Shown here: positions 8,101 through 11,218 of the stretch, piece by piece | Numbering within the stretch: position 1 is the stretch's first letter | How the letters are laid out: every line of letters starts with the position of its first letter | Assembly: GCF_006345805.1 (NCBI RefSeq) | Contig: NW_021826991.1 | Coordinates: 1-11,218, forward strand | DNA length: 11,218 nt | Source of the DNA: Octopus sinensis | Lineage: Eukaryota | Direction: 5' to 3' | The notes under the pieces: model-generated | The model's database searches: none | What the model was told of the DNA's origin: nothing | The model's input: only the letters and a program-made list of their open reading frames with translations | Position numbers and translations under genes: made by a program

Positions 8101-8417
8101 AAACAGATATCTGTATATCTGAAGATGAGAAAATGAAAAATAAATACAGGGAAAGAAAAAGAAAGGAAAAGGAGAGAATCGGTTGAAGACTTCCTTTTTT
8201 GGAGAAAGTTCCATGCGAAAAACTTTTTCACGGTCGGTTTGTCGCATTACGCGGTAGCTCTGGGCAAGATGTTATAGAGTATGACCATCCATCGCGCACA
8301 ATTAATGTCTGTGTAAAGTTCGGTCGAAATCGATTGAAAACTGTAGAAATGCATGCATTTTGCACACACACAAACACGCAAAACACACACGCACGCAAAT
8401 CCTTTGTATGTATAGAC

Positions 8418-8550
8418 TATTGTGTCTGGGGTTCGATTTCCACTAATTTACTTATTTAATCATAAAATTAAATAAATGAGTGGAAATCGAACCGCTGAGT
8501 GTGTTAATTAATAAGGCGCTAAAGGAGAATGACTCTCCCCAGACACAATA
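8418..8550. mobile_element. TA-flanked foldback MITE with a deletion in the left arm
   Basis: Terminal inverted repeats tattgtgtctgggg (8418-8431) and ccccagacacaata (8537-8550), the outer TA being a likely target-site duplication. Inner inverted repeats are 8430-8444/8479-8493 (15 bp perfect) and 8452-8460/8467-8475. Confidence 0.8.
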
Positions 8551-8598
8551 ATATATATATATCTATATCTATCTATCTATATATCTATCTATCTATCT

Positions 8599-8688
<90 letters not shown>

Positions 8689-8714
8689 CATAAATGTATA
8701 TATGTATGTATATG

Positions 8715-8757
<43 letters not shown>
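8551..8757. repeat. Compound (TA)n/(TATC)n/(TC)n/(TA)n microsatellite
   Basis: Visible runs. Confidence 0.95.
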
Positions 8758-8760
<3 letters not shown>

Positions 8761-8780
8761 ATATTTTCATTTTAACCCAA

Positions 8781-9046
8781 TATAAATCGTAGCCATTATA
8801 TTCGTATTTTATACATACATACATACATACATGAATATAGAGATAGTCAGGCAGGCAAATAGAAAAATAGACTGAGAGACACCCAGATAGATAGAAAGAT
8901 AGTTAGATAGATACATTGATAGATAATGTGAGTGTATATCTATGTATATATTTATATATGTGTATATATGTATATATTTTATATACATCACATATAGACA
9001 TATATTTATAACTATCTGCCTAGGAATCTAAATATCTCTTTAAATA
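8781..9046 (-). repeat. Right arm of long-range inverted repeat
   Basis: The reverse complement aligns colinearly with 4929-5287 (tattt.aagagata..tagatt.ctag ... taaatatatgtctatatgtgatgtatataaa ... catagata.acactca.attatc ... aaaata.gaatata.tggctac). Confidence 0.88.
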
Positions 9047-9410
9047 CACACGCACATACAAGCTTTATAAATGTTACGTGAAGGATAATATTTTGAAAAG
9101 TGTCTAATATTTAAAGGCGTACGTGTGTCTATGCGCGCTCGCGTGTGTCTATCTATGTGCTTGATTTTGCCTTCGTATACAAGTGAGTGAAATTGATAAA
9201 TTAAAAATAATTTAAGATAATATTTTACAATTTCATTTAGATTAAAATGCCACTGAATTCGGAGTAAACCCTTTCACTACAGTTCATCTCCATCTAACGT
9301 CTCCGACTGACACTCACTCACTCATTCCCAGCCCGTTTGCTATTTTGGTTTGCCTCTGCCTATGTGCCTGACGTAAAATAATTTCGGTTTGTTAAATGTA
9401 CCTTATACAC

Positions 9411-9422
9411 GTGTGTATGTGT

Positions 9423-9463
<41 letters not shown>
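9411..9463. repeat. (TG)n microsatellite
   Basis: Visible run. Confidence 0.95.
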
Positions 9464-9467
<4 letters not shown>

Positions 9468-9507
9468 TTCCGATAGTTCGGATAATTATAGCTTATTCAA
9501 AAGATAT

Positions 9508-9555
9508 CAGTATATGACTGGCGCTTTGTTGTATCGACCCCGAAATGAATAAAAA
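9508..9555 (-). mobile_element. Short fragment of the Meta-like SINE core
   Basis: cagtatatgactggcgctttgttgtatcgaccccgaaa aligns with cagtaagcaactggtacttaatttatcgaccccgaaa (209-245). Confidence 0.55.
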
Positions 9556-9904
9556 TTAATGTTTGCTGACGATCATCATGATGAAGGAAATAATAATTAT
9601 AATGAAGATCTAATTATTATAACCCAAACTAAGAAATCAAGAAGAACTAACATTTTATAAAACCAATAAAGGAAACAAGTAAAAAAAAATGGATTTCAAT
9701 GAAAAGATCGTAAATTCAACGATTCAGCCATTTTAACTTTTTCTTTCTTTTCGTTTCTGTATTACCGTTTCACACATTCACACATACATACCACATATAC
9801 CATACATACGCACTCGCAAACACAGCAACATATCCGTACACACACACTTATACATATATGCACGCACATATACACTTATTCATACACACATTAACACACA
9901 AATT

Positions 9905-10855
9905 CTCTTACTTTGTCTCCACTTCAACTTCTCTCTTTCTCTCCCCCCCCCTCTCTCTCTCTCGCTTTATTTTATAATTTTTTCTCCTGAACTTCTCCCT
10001 AACTCAACTTTCAGTTGCTCACTTTAGCACTAAATCTCAATCTCAAGCTCCTTACGTCTTCTCTCTCGCTCTCTATTTCTTCACCCCTTTCCTTTTTTTG
10101 TTTAATTCGGCTTTAACTCTTCTTCTTCTTCTTCTTCCTTCTCCTCCTCCTCTCTCATTCTCTCAATAATATTCTTATTTTTACGCGCTACTCAATAAAC
10201 CCCACTCTTATTCTCTCCTTCTCAATTTCCTCCCTCTATCTTACAGTATACCTCTCCTCCCTTCTCTCTGTCTCTCTTTCAATCTTTTGTGTTTTCGATT
10301 TCTCTTTCTTAGGTCTTCCTTCTCACAATCTTTGCTCTCTCGTATCATTCTTCGTCTTGCCCTGTACTTATAACATCCCGCTTTTCTCACTTTCTCTCCT
10401 GCTCTCTTCCTTTTGTATTCTATAGTTTCGTCTCATCTTTCTTCCCACCCACTCTTATATTTTTTCTCATCTTGTCTTTCTTCCACTTTCGCTCTCTCTC
10501 TCTCACTTCTAAATTTTTCCTCCATCTTACCCTCTCCCTTTTATTCTAGCCCATCTGATTCCCTGTCTCCTTCCATATACGTCTCTCGCTTTCTTTCCTT
10601 TTTTCTGTCTATAACCCATATCTCACTCTTTCTCTCTTTCTATCTATCTTTCTGTCATTACCAATAGCTTAGTTCTAGTCTATGTCTCTGTTTCTCTCTA
10701 TCTCTTTCTCTCTCCCTCTCCACCTCTCTCCCTACCCACACTGATTCCTTCTTTCTTTCTTTCTCTCTCTCTCTTCGTCTCACTAAATTTGTCCTCATAT
10801 AATTCGTTATTTTATTCATTCTCTTTCTTTCAATTACCTCGCACTACACCATCTA

Positions 10856-10888
<33 letters not shown>

Positions 10889-11218
10889 TATCTCACTTAA
10901 TTAGGACTTTCCTCTTCTTTTCCACCCTCTCTCTATCACACCAGTTCCCTACCACCACCGCTCTTTCCCTATCACTCCTTTTCTATGTCCCCATCAACCC
11001 TGCCTCTCCCTCTACTCTCCAACTCCCACTACTCCCTTTCAACTCTTTGTCTTTTTCTGTCTGTTTCCCTCTCTCTCCTCTCTCTCCTCTCTCTCCCCCA
11101 AATCTACTATCCCCTTCCCTCTCTTAGTCTATCTCTCTTTCTCCTCCTCTCTCTGGTGTGCTATGCATCCTCTCTCTTCCATTCTCACTCTCTCCTCTCT
11201 CTCTCTCTCACTCTACTT
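9905..11218. repeat. ~1.3-kb polypyrimidine (CT-rich) low-complexity tract
   Basis: The + strand is dominated by C and T with very few G to the window end; short (CT)n and (CTT)n runs are embedded. Confidence 0.9.

Larger units (their letters stand above)
5993..8416 (-). mobile_element. Internally deleted Helitron
   Basis: 5' terminus: TCtatacatacaaagg at 8416 (minus), followed by a (GT)-rich tract and a Helitron-type subterminal segment. 3' terminus: hairpin cccgagcaacacggg (6020-6006), then 9 nt, then CTAT (CTAG with one change) and a flanking T at 5992. A RepHel-like N-terminal coding remnant lies between them on the same strand. Continuity across 7230-8200 is inferred. Confidence 0.7.

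Noticed and set aside
10413-11127. S/L/F/P-rich ORFs
   Set aside because: A polypyrimidine tract lacks stop codons by composition.

Overview
AT-rich, repeat-saturated eukaryotic non-coding DNA. The SINE types and microsatellite density look like a cephalopod (Octopus-like) genome; this is inferred from recalled repeat families, not a database hit. No intact host protein-coding gene is supported, and most ORF-track entries are microsatellite or low-complexity artefacts. The window is a nested mosaic: several tRNA-derived SINEs sharing a Meta-like core but with different 3' tails, a frameshifted CR1/L2-group LINE 3' end (932-1625, -), an internally deleted Helitron (5993-8416, -) with a decayed 23-aa-repeat RepHel N-terminus and a CORE-SINE inside it, a TA-flanked foldback MITE, and two hammerhead-ribozyme-like segments of probable Penelope-like origin. 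The most unusual items are a candidate hammerhead whose three strands lie in a non-canonical order (5495-5760), a LINE/SINE pair sharing a 3' stem-loop with a compensatory base-pair change, and ~300-bp inverted arms 3.5 kb apart that bracket the central nest.
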